64,000 bases of DNA, from assembly GCA_965207885.1 (NCBI GenBank), contig OZ242311.1, forward strand, positions 1,760,001-1,824,000, read 5' to 3'. Source of the DNA: Candidatus Latescibacterota bacterium. GTDB lineage: Bacteria; Latescibacterota; UBA2968. The notes under the pieces were generated by a model, which saw only the letters and a program-made list of their open reading frames with translations, was not told the origin of the DNA and did no database searches. Made by a program: the position numbers and the translations under genes. This document shows positions 18,789 through 27,306 of the stretch, piece by piece. Each line of letters opens with the position of its first letter. Position 1 is the first letter of the stretch.

Positions 18789-19535
18789 CTACTGACCTCT
18801 TCCTTCCCGATAAATCTTCTGTATAGCCTCAACCAAAAAATCTTCGGCAACTTGAAAAATCTGCTCGCCCATTTCTGCCGTCGCAGGACGCGGATCTCCC
18901 AACCCCCCGTGCTCGGTATTCTGATCAAACCGCTTGTACAGACGCAAACCCGGAATACTCTCCTGGCGGCGCTGCCCATCTCTGTGTAATGCATCTGTCT
19001 TCACCAGATCGGGATCTATCGCCATAATCATAGCGGTCTCACACTCACCCGCATGCCCGGATCCCTTTGTCCCCAGCGACAAAATTTCATTAATTTTCTT
19101 ATTCGACGGTTCGGCGTACGGCGTCGTCGTATAGAGATTGACATCTTCATGCCTCTCCATAACGCGCTGCCGCAAAACCGAAATATTGGGCTCATTGCCC
19201 CCGTGGCTATTAATGAGCAGAAACTGCGTAAAACCGTGTTCAATCATACAAGCGAGAACATCGTTCATAATCGCCAGATGCGTCTCGGACGACGCAGAAA
19301 CCGTACCGGGATACTTCATATGATGCTGCGAATACCCCAGCCACATAACCGGGAGAATAAGCACATCCCCAGGCAATCGCTTCTCAACGCGATTGACCAC
19401 CTCCTGAAGAATCATCGTATCGGTAAAAACGGGTAAATGCAGGCTATGTTGCTCAAGCGAAGCCACGGGTATAATAACCACCAGATCCCGCGACAAAGCA
19501 TCGACGTCGGGAGAAGTCATATTGGCGAGAAACAT
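18789..19535 (-). CDS. Creatininase/creatinine amidohydrolase family
   Basis: SLEQHSLHLPVFTD, GYSQHH..YPGTVS, NSHGGN, HAGECET. Confidence 0.92.
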   Translation of the reverse strand: MFLANMTSPDVDALSRDLVVIIPVASLEQHSLHLPVFTDTMILQEVVNRVEKRLPGDVLILPVMWLGYSQHHMKYPGTVSASSETHLAIMNDVLACMIEHGFTQFLLINSHGGNEPNISVLRQRVMERHEDVNLYTTTPYAEPSNKKINEILSLGTKGSGHAGECETAMIMAIDPDLVKTDALHRDGQRRQESIPGLRLYKRFDQNTEHGGLGDPRPATAEMGEQIFQVAEDFLVEAIQKIYREGRGQ

Positions 19536-19631
19536 AAAAACTCCTTAAAAATTCGAATTAGAACATTAGGACAGCATTGTTTATTTAAATTATTTTCGTA
19601 TATTACACAACAAAATATCCCGGAGGCATTT

Positions 19632-20618
19632 ATGGAATTGGAAAAAGCATTAAAACTCACGTATCAGGGCGAACCCCTGGGCCACTCGTCGGACGACTTT
19701 GGCGGCTTACGCAAATCCAATGACGCGATAGATGATCGCGACGAACTCCACCGCCGAATGACAGAGAATGGCTACTTATTTCTCAAAAATTACCTGAACA
19801 AAGATGAAGTATTAGCCGCTCGCCAGGAAGTCATGGATCGGCTCATGGGCGCGGGTGTATTAGACGAACGCTATCCCGCAATCGACGGCATTGCAGCCTC
19901 AAAAAAGAAAATTGACGGACGCGCAACGGGATCGTTCATGCCCCTACTCGCGCGCAACAATCCCCCCCTGGACAAAGTAATCCACGAAGGCCCGATCATG
20001 TCGTTTTTTGACTTCTTTTTAGACGGACCTGCGCGCTACTTTGACTACACCTGGTTTCGAGCCAAACAGCCCGGACTGCACACCGCCACCAATCCACACT
20101 GCGACATCGTCTATATGGGCCGCGGAACAAAAAACCTCTACACCGCCTGGATACCCTATGGCGATGTACCCTCCTACATGGGCGGATTGATGCTGCTCGA
20201 AAACTCACACAAACTGCACGACCTGAAAGCGGGCTATGGATCAACAGACGTCGATCTATACTGCGAAAACAAAGACGATGCCCAGGAAATAGTAGAACGC
20301 GCACGCGCCGAAGGGCGGAACTTGACCAATCAAGAGCGGGCTTCTATAAAGTGGAACTCGAGCGGATCGTATTCCTCTAATGCCATACCCACCCGCAAAG
20401 AACTGGGCGGACGCTGGCTGGTATCGGAATACGAAATGGGAGACCTGCTGATATTTTCGATGTACACACTCCACTCAAGCTCCGACAACTACTCCAAAGA
20501 GTACCGCATATCATCCGACACGCGATATCAACTCGCATCGGACCCCGTTGACGAACGCTGGATTGGCGACGACCCGCCCGCCCATGGCATTCGCGCCAAA
20601 CGCGGGATGGTATGTTGA
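19632..20618 (+). CDS. PhyH family dioxygenase
   Basis: NGYLFLK, HCDIVYMGRG, TAWIPYGD...GGL.LLE.SH, GDLLIF...TLH, RISSDTRYQ. Confidence 0.85.
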   Translation: MELEKALKLTYQGEPLGHSSDDFGGLRKSNDAIDDRDELHRRMTENGYLFLKNYLNKDEVLAARQEVMDRLMGAGVLDERYPAIDGIAASKKKIDGRATGSFMPLLARNNPPLDKVIHEGPIMSFFDFFLDGPARYFDYTWFRAKQPGLHTATNPHCDIVYMGRGTKNLYTAWIPYGDVPSYMGGLMLLENSHKLHDLKAGYGSTDVDLYCENKDDAQEIVERARAEGRNLTNQERASIKWNSSGSYSSNAIPTRKELGGRWLVSEYEMGDLLIFSMYTLHSSSDNYSKEYRISSDTRYQLASDPVDERWIGDDPPAHGIRAKRGMVC

Positions 20619-20690
20619 GCGAATCAACGAATCAACGACGGAGCTTGTAACAACTTTGGGTGGTGAGGCGGGATTCGTCTATTCGTCTAT
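20619..20690. repeat. Intergenic palindromic element with 8-bp tandem arms (copy 2, inverted relative to 675-769)
   Basis: (CGAATCAA)x2, a core with AACTTTGGGTGGT, then (TTCGTCTA)x2; aligns with the reverse complement of 675-769. Confidence 0.8.
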
Positions 20691-22108
20691 GAACGGGTCT
20701 GGGAAACGACCCGTTGTACCCCGCTCCGTCTATTCACCCATTCCCTGACCGCTTCAGAACCTGGATACACGGCGTCCGGCCCTTGCTGCTGAACCTGTTT
20801 CTCTCCCAACCACGCCTTCCAATCGCCGCACGCCTGGCTCACCCCGCGCCATGTATCCCCACACGCGCCCATCGCCTCCTGCAAAAGCCCATCCAACTCA
20901 GCAACCAATTTGGGATCTTCCCCCACCAGATTGCGTTCCTCGTAAGGATCGTTCTCCAGATCGAACAAAACCCAGGGCTCCTTCTCCAAACGCGCGTAAT
21001 TATATCGCTCGGTTCGCACCCCGCGCCACCCGGGCCACACCGCAAAAGTGTGATGCATCGTCGTATAGGCATACGCCTGAGTACGCGCATTGGGCTGCCC
21101 CAGAATCGCGCCCGAAAAATCTCCCCCATCCAGACCAGCCGGAACATCAACACCCGCCAACCCGCACAAAGTTGGGAAAATATCCGGTGTGCCAAACGGC
21201 ATACTCAAGCTACAACCAGCCTCAACCTTGCCCGGCCACCGAACCAAAAACGGAACCTGCGTAGATTCTCGATAAGGCCATCGCTTGCCTCGCAAACCCT
21301 GGCTACCCAGCATCTCGCCGTGATCAGATGAGTACATCACAATCGTATTATCCGCCTGCCCGCTCTCTTCCAGCGCGCGCATCAACCGCCCCCACTCAAT
21401 ATCCAGCCCCTCAGTCATCCCGTAATAATGCGCGTACCAATCGCTCACATCGCTGGCCCTATCACCTGATAGCTTTGACGTATTCGGATGCAAATTCAAA
21501 TCCCGATCCAGATAAGGCGCGACATAGGGATCCGGTGCTATAAGCGGCGGATGCGGCGGACCCCACGACATAAACAAACACCACGGTCCAGATCCCGCCC
21601 GATTTTTAATATACGCAATCGCCCTATCCGTCTCGATCTGAGGCCGATAAAAGCCACTACCCGCAACCGGGTCCCTACTATCCGTGGCATAAGCCCACTC
21701 GTAGTAATTATGCGCATTATCACCCACATACCACTCATCGTCAAAACCCAGGCGCAACGGATCGCCCGCATCGACCTGAATCTCGCCCAAATGCCACTTG
21801 CCAATATACCCGCATCTGTAACCATTCGCGCTAAGCGCCGTGCCAATACACGGATACACGCTCAAATCGGGATAAAACCGATTGGTCGTCACCCCCGTAT
21901 GATGGCCGTATTTACCCGTCATCAACATCGCGCGATAAGGCGTACAAACAGGCGTACTCGAAACCGCTGCATCCAGACGCATCCCCTCAGCGGCAAACGC
22001 ATCAAATTGAGGCGTATTGAGATCCTCATCGCCATAATAGCACCCCATCGCAGATGCCCGCTGCTGATCTGAAAACACATACAATATATTTGGCCTATCA
22101 TCGGACAT
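20687..22108 (-). CDS. Cys-type sulfatase
   Basis: RPNILYVFSDQ, PVCTPYRAMLMTG (CxPxR), GYIGKWHL, SDHGE. Confidence 0.92.
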   Translation of the reverse strand: MSDDRPNILYVFSDQQRASAMGCYYGDEDLNTPQFDAFAAEGMRLDAAVSSTPVCTPYRAMLMTGKYGHHTGVTTNRFYPDLSVYPCIGTALSANGYRCGYIGKWHLGEIQVDAGDPLRLGFDDEWYVGDNAHNYYEWAYATDSRDPVAGSGFYRPQIETDRAIAYIKNRAGSGPWCLFMSWGPPHPPLIAPDPYVAPYLDRDLNLHPNTSKLSGDRASDVSDWYAHYYGMTEGLDIEWGRLMRALEESGQADNTIVMYSSDHGEMLGSQGLRGKRWPYRESTQVPFLVRWPGKVEAGCSLSMPFGTPDIFPTLCGLAGVDVPAGLDGGDFSGAILGQPNARTQAYAYTTMHHTFAVWPGWRGVRTERYNYARLEKEPWVLFDLENDPYEERNLVGEDPKLVAELDGLLQEAMGACGDTWRGVSQACGDWKAWLGEKQVQQQGPDAVYPGSEAVREWVNRRSGVQRVVSQTRS

Positions 22109-22227
22109 GGAAAATCCCCTTCCACTGGTAAATTTAGGAATTGATTAAAAACACTCGACACAATATAATGCACACTCAGAGCAAGTCAAAGATTCGCGCA
22201 CAACGAAAAAACCACCTCAATCTAAAA

Positions 22228-23415
22228 ATGAAACTCAAAAACGGCGACATCATCATCGACGACAACTTTCCGTGCAGCAGTGCCGGAGAAATGCGAATAA
22301 TAGAATCTGGCATAAGCGAAATCGGATACAAACCAGAAGAAATCCCGCAATGGTTCCAGTACCTGTTAGACGAACTATTCGACGGCGCAGGCGTACCCAA
22401 AGAATACATGGCCCATGTGCGCGTACGCCATCTCGGCAACCGCGCAAAACGAGTAATATTGCGATTTCTACTCAGCAAAAAAGGCGCGAACTACATGTAC
22501 CCACCCTGGTGGATCTGGCGAGAAAACACCGGGTGGGCGTGGGTACCATCTGCAAACACGGACTTTCACCCGGCAGAACACATCGACATATTCGTTCCCA
22601 TCCAACCCGGGGAAACCCTCCGCATCGCATCTGCCCCTTATGAAGAGCCATCCGTCGTCTGCGAACAAGCCCGGCAACTATCCGAACAATACGACATCTG
22701 GACCTACCGGGAAATCGGCCAGTCTGCCCAGGGACGACCAATCTGCGTATTGGAAACCCAACCGCGCGACCTGACACTACTCGTCGATGCCACAATGCAA
22801 TCGTGCGAACCCGTATCCTGGGGCATATTGCATGTAGCCCACAGCTTGACCATCCCAACCGCACGCACACAGCGACTATTGGACCACATACAATTCTGCC
22901 TCCTGCCCATCACAAACCCCGACGGCATTTGCGAAGGACGCAGTGTAACCAACGCCATGGGCGAAGTCCCAAAATTCGGAATCAACCACCTCGTAGAAGG
23001 CAAAAGCGCGCCCAGAGAAACCGCGGCACTATGGCAATACATCCTCGACAAAAAACCAGATACATCCATAGAAGTCCACGCCCACTTTACGCGACCGGAT
23101 TTTACGCGAAGCATTGGCATGCACGACAAAGCATCCATGCCACACCATCTACGGGCAAAAGCTGAAATCCTCGAACAAGCCATCTTCGAAAACTACCACA
23201 TTGAGCCACTGAAAAATCGGAAAGTATTGATCGACCCCCGACAACCCGAACACAACGTCTATGGCGACAAACACATCTGCGAACAAGCCGGCACAATCCG
23301 CACCTTTTTACAAGCCATCCCCGACAGCATTGACGCGCACAACGCCGACGTCAAAGAAATGGTAGAAACCGTCGCCCACGCACTCATCAAATGGCAAAAA
23401 TCTGGTACATCGTAG
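22228..23415 (+). CDS. M14 zinc-carboxypeptidase-fold protein with atypical metal ligands
   Basis: IGQSAQGRPI, LLPITNPDG, IEVHAH; the HxxE position reads QSCE. Start codon is uncertain. Confidence 0.6.
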   Translation: MKLKNGDIIIDDNFPCSSAGEMRIIESGISEIGYKPEEIPQWFQYLLDELFDGAGVPKEYMAHVRVRHLGNRAKRVILRFLLSKKGANYMYPPWWIWRENTGWAWVPSANTDFHPAEHIDIFVPIQPGETLRIASAPYEEPSVVCEQARQLSEQYDIWTYREIGQSAQGRPICVLETQPRDLTLLVDATMQSCEPVSWGILHVAHSLTIPTARTQRLLDHIQFCLLPITNPDGICEGRSVTNAMGEVPKFGINHLVEGKSAPRETAALWQYILDKKPDTSIEVHAHFTRPDFTRSIGMHDKASMPHHLRAKAEILEQAIFENYHIEPLKNRKVLIDPRQPEHNVYGDKHICEQAGTIRTFLQAIPDSIDAHNADVKEMVETVAHALIKWQKSGTS

Positions 23416-23444
23416 AGGCATAACCTATTTATGGAGGAAAACCA

Positions 23445-24014
23445 ATGGCAACACACCTATCCCCAGAAGAACAAGCGGAGGGATTCACAGCCTTATTCAA
23501 CGGCAAAGACCTGAACGACTGGAGAATTATTGGACCGGAAGAAGGTTGGGAAGTCCAAAACGGATTGATAGTATGCAATGGCGAAGGCAGAGGATGGATA
23601 CGCCCCAAAGCTATGTACACAGACTTTGTACTGCGCCTGGACTATCGAAACAGCGCGGGCGGAAACAGCGGAATATTCCTGCGGACAAGCGAAGAAGGAC
23701 GCCCCGCCTATCAAGGAATGGAAATACAAATTTACGACGTACCTCACGACCCACTCAACAATAAATCAAACGGCGCCATCTACGATGCGGTCGCCCCTAC
23801 GTCAGATCCGTCTCACCCGGCGGGGGAATGGAACTCGATTGAAGTATCCTGCCTGGGAACAATGGTAAACGTCATCATCAACGGACGCGAAGTCATATCC
23901 TGTGACACAAGCAAACACCCGGACCTCAAAGACCGCTTGAAAACCGGATACATCGGCCTTCAAAACCACCGCAGCCCCATTGACTTTCGCAATGTACGCA
24001 TTAAGGTATCGTAA
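23445..24014 (+). CDS. DUF1080 (3-keto-glycoside hydrolase-like) protein
   Basis: GFTALFNGKDL..W, DFVLRLDY, GNSGIFLR, EIQI, GEWN, GYIGLQNH, FRNVRIK. Confidence 0.92.
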   Translation: MATHLSPEEQAEGFTALFNGKDLNDWRIIGPEEGWEVQNGLIVCNGEGRGWIRPKAMYTDFVLRLDYRNSAGGNSGIFLRTSEEGRPAYQGMEIQIYDVPHDPLNNKSNGAIYDAVAPTSDPSHPAGEWNSIEVSCLGTMVNVIINGREVISCDTSKHPDLKDRLKTGYIGLQNHRSPIDFRNVRIKVS

Positions 24015-24022
24015 AAAAACTA

Positions 24023-24055
24023 CTGGATCGCGGCTCAACACCATGCCGCGATGAC
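24023..24055. repeat. 33-bp palindromic repeat (copy 2)
   Basis: CTGGATCGCGGCTCAACACCATGCCGCGATGAC; see 18728-18760. Confidence 0.8.
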
Positions 24056-24059
24056 GCAC

Positions 24060-24085
24060 GGGACAGCACGGGGACCGTCCCCTAC
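24060..24085 (-). repeat. GTAG-type REP-like palindrome
   Basis: Minus strand reads GTAGGGGACGGTCCCCGTGCTGTCCC (GTAG head plus GC-rich hairpin); single copy in the window. Confidence 0.5.
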
Positions 24086-24131
24086 AACACAGCAATCATC
24101 CGTGCTCATCCGTGTTTATCTGTGGTTGCTT

Positions 24132-25484
24132 TCAATCCTTAAACGCCTTAAGCACCCGATCAAACGCCTGAGCCGTCTGATCGATATCCGCATCGCTGTG
24201 AACAGCAGAAATCACACCACCGGGCCAGGGCATCACATCAACCCCCTCTGCAATCAAACCGCAGCGAAGCTGATGAATCTGCTTCATCGAAATCCCGCCC
24301 TTGAGAACCGAATGAGGCACTGTGCCATCGTAAATATCCGAACATGTGTACGTCTGATCCTCGGACAACGGCAAAAATTGAAACCCCGAAAACTCGCCGT
24401 ACACGAGCCAGTTCATCCCACGTCTCTGAATTATGTCATTGAGCGCGTTTCTCAACACCTCGCCATTTTGATTGGCCCGGTCAGTAATATCATCTTCCGC
24501 AACAATTTTAAGCGTCGTCAACCCCGCACGCGCTGAAACCGGATTGGAATTAAACGTACCCTGGTGTGGCACGCGGTATCTGTTATTCCACGAAGCATCG
24601 TCGCGATACGTCATCACATTGAGCAAATCCGCGCGCCCCGCAATCGCGCCACCGGGAAAACCACCCGCAACAATCTTCGCAAAAAGAGCCAGATCCGGCG
24701 TCACCCCGTAATATTCCTGAGCACCGCCGGGCGCCACGCGAAAACCCGTAATCACCTCATCAAAAATGAGTAACACGCCGTGTTCTCGGGTAAGAGCGCG
24801 AAGCCGGCGCAAAAACTCACCCTGCGTGGGAACCCGCCCAAAACTCGCACCCGTCGGCTCCAGAATAACCGCGGCAATATCGTCCCGACTCTCAAATGCC
24901 TGTGTGACCTGATCGATATTATTCGGCTCGCACAACACGGCATTCTCGATATGATCCTCCGTAATACCGCTCGGCGGCGTACCGTCAAAACTGGTCGAAG
25001 CGCCAAAAGCCACCTGATCGTGCCACCCATGAAAATTCGTCGTAAAACGCAGAATCTTCGGCTTATTCTGAAAAGCGCGCGCAACGCGCAACCCCAAAAG
25101 ACTCGCCTCTGTCCCCGACGACGTAAAACGCACCTTATCCGCGCACGGCACCATCCGAATAATCTGCTCTGCCCATTCCAATTCCAACTCGTGTGACGCG
25201 CCGTAATGCGTACCCCTGCTCAACTGCTCCCTTACCGCCTCGGTCACCTCCGGATGATTATGCCCCAAAATCAGCGCACCGTGGCCCCCAAAATAATCGA
25301 CATATTCACACCCATCCACATCCCACTTGCGCCCACCCTGTGCCCGAGCAACAGAAAGCGGATAGGGCATCAAATAGCGCGTATCGTGCGTCACCCCACT
25401 GGGAAAAGTCTCCCGCGCCCGTTGGTACAAAGCGCGTGACTTTGGCGTCTTTGCCATATATTTTTCGATCAACAAATCGCTCAT
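24132..25484 (-). CDS. Class III PLP aminotransferase (glutamate-1-semialdehyde aminomutase-like)
   Basis: WDVDG.EYVDY, ILGH, SGTEA, FHGW.D, LIFDEVITGFR, AKIVAGGFP, GTFNSNP. Confidence 0.9.
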   Translation of the reverse strand: MSDLLIEKYMAKTPKSRALYQRARETFPSGVTHDTRYLMPYPLSVARAQGGRKWDVDGCEYVDYFGGHGALILGHNHPEVTEAVREQLSRGTHYGASHELELEWAEQIIRMVPCADKVRFTSSGTEASLLGLRVARAFQNKPKILRFTTNFHGWHDQVAFGASTSFDGTPPSGITEDHIENAVLCEPNNIDQVTQAFESRDDIAAVILEPTGASFGRVPTQGEFLRRLRALTREHGVLLIFDEVITGFRVAPGGAQEYYGVTPDLALFAKIVAGGFPGGAIAGRADLLNVMTYRDDASWNNRYRVPHQGTFNSNPVSARAGLTTLKIVAEDDITDRANQNGEVLRNALNDIIQRRGMNWLVYGEFSGFQFLPLSEDQTYTCSDIYDGTVPHSVLKGGISMKQIHQLRCGLIAEGVDVMPWPGGVISAVHSDADIDQTAQAFDRVLKAFKD

Positions 25485-25649
25485 CTTTTGTCCTTTCGGT
25501 TTTTCAGTACCTACACAATCTCTCAATACAAAGATACGGTTCTGGGCAGGTGGATGCAACTGCCTCTTTATTCACATCACACTTGCGCGTATTTATAGAC
25601 CTTATTACCTTATATAACTGTATTTGACGCGAATCCGAAGGAGAAGCCC

Positions 25650-26369
25650 ATGCATCACGCGCTGGAGAACAAAGTCGCTATAATTGTGGGAAGCAGCTCG
25701 GGAATGGGAAAAGCGACCGCGCGATCTTATGCCCAGGCAGGTGCCAGCGTGGTACTGGCAGCGCGAAGCAAAGACAAATTAGACAACCTATCAGCAGAAA
25801 TAGGAAACCGCGCAATCGCCTGTGCAACAGACGCGCGAGATGTAGAACAGGTGAACCACTTAATCCAGACAACACTGGATGAATTCGGGCAAATCGATAT
25901 TCTCGTGTACGCCACGGGAACGAACATCCCGGACCGCAGCCTCGAAGTATTAACCCACGAAACGTGGGAAATGATGATCGGCACAAATCTGACCGGCGCA
26001 TTCAACTGCACAAAAGCGGTCTTGCCCGTCATGCGAAAACAGCAATCGGGCCTGATCATCTATCTATCTTCCGGATGCGTACAATCACCCGATGTATCCG
26101 GCGTATCTTATCAGGCATCCAAACACGGCATGTCTGGCCTGGCGCACGGGACATTCCAGGAAGAACAGGAAAACGGCATTCGCACCACAGTAATCTTCCC
26201 CGGATTGTGCGACACGCCCATCGTCTTGAAGCGCCCCGTACCCACGCCCCCAGAAGTCATGGCCAAAGCCTTAAAGCCAGAAGACGTAGCTGACGCATGC
26301 CTGTACGTGGCGACCACGCCCGCCCGTGCGCGAATACCAGAACTCATTCTCTTACCCGCAGGACTGTAA
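25650..26369 (+). CDS. Short-chain dehydrogenase/reductase
   Basis: GSSSGMG Rossmann motif and YQASK (YxxxK). Confidence 0.92.
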   Translation: MHHALENKVAIIVGSSSGMGKATARSYAQAGASVVLAARSKDKLDNLSAEIGNRAIACATDARDVEQVNHLIQTTLDEFGQIDILVYATGTNIPDRSLEVLTHETWEMMIGTNLTGAFNCTKAVLPVMRKQQSGLIIYLSSGCVQSPDVSGVSYQASKHGMSGLAHGTFQEEQENGIRTTVIFPGLCDTPIVLKRPVPTPPEVMAKALKPEDVADACLYVATTPARARIPELILLPAGL

Positions 26370-26398
26370 TACCAACCTCAAAAACGCTGGATATTTCC

Positions 26399-27202
26399 AT
26401 GTCTATTTCCAGACCAGAAGGCACGAAGCACCTCACGCAGGCGCAGGTCGCGCAATTTGTGAATGACGGATTTGTCATCGTCCCGGGTCTCGTCGATCCA
26501 GACCGCGTGCGTGCGGGACTAAAAGAACTAAAACACAAAACCGGCATCGTGCCCGATGAGTCAAAAACATGGCCGACAGACAAAAATGGCATGCATGTAA
26601 CTCAGGAAGGCATTGCGATTGATCGGACCATGTGTATCTCACCCAAACTGAAAGCCATCGTGCGTGAACTCGCCGGACCGGCTGTCACCAATGAACCGGG
26701 ATTAAGCCCCATATTGCGATTTCCGCAGCCGGGACCCAAACAATTTGAACCGGGCGGCGCGCATATCGACGGCACGCGTCAGGGCAACGGCCTCACCGTA
26801 TATCCCACTCACTTTCTCCTCCTCGTCATGGCCTATCTCACAGACACGGATGCACACGACGGCGCATTCACCGTATGGCCGGGCAGTCCCCGACAGATAT
26901 TTTCGTGGGCTTATACCAACAACATCGACCTCGGAGAAAAGTGGCGCACAACAGGCAGCACAGGCGCGCCGGACATCCCGCTCAACGATCCCATCCCCGT
27001 CGTCGCACGGGCGGGCGACGTGGCGATATGCCACTATCTGATGGTACACGCATCTTCCGCCAACCGGGGCGACCACGTCCGCGTTGGGTTTCACGGATGG
27101 CTGAGGGCAACCCCCGAATATCAATACATCCCAAAAACGGGACCACCCCAAACGAACTGGACCCCGTTGGACTGGATATTGAGAACGGACAATTTACACT
27201 GA
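26399..27202 (+). CDS. PhyH family dioxygenase
   Basis: LT..QV..F..DGF, HIDG, YLTD....DGAFTVWPGS, AGDVAICHYLMVH. Confidence 0.8.
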   Translation: MSISRPEGTKHLTQAQVAQFVNDGFVIVPGLVDPDRVRAGLKELKHKTGIVPDESKTWPTDKNGMHVTQEGIAIDRTMCISPKLKAIVRELAGPAVTNEPGLSPILRFPQPGPKQFEPGGAHIDGTRQGNGLTVYPTHFLLLVMAYLTDTDAHDGAFTVWPGSPRQIFSWAYTNNIDLGEKWRTTGSTGAPDIPLNDPIPVVARAGDVAICHYLMVHASSANRGDHVRVGFHGWLRATPEYQYIPKTGPPQTNWTPLDWILRTDNLH

Positions 27203-27306
27203 GAAAGGAGGTCTTCAGGGAATGAGAGTTAATAGATTTTGAAGAAAACCAAGTCGTCTGGCGGGGAAGTCATCCCCGTCAAAACCACAAACAAAGGAGT
27301 TGACAC

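Noticed and set aside
24132-25484. Assigning hemL
   Set aside because: The family is clear, but the N-terminus (PSGVTHDTR rather than PGGVNSPVR) and the context do not support the tetrapyrrole orthologue.
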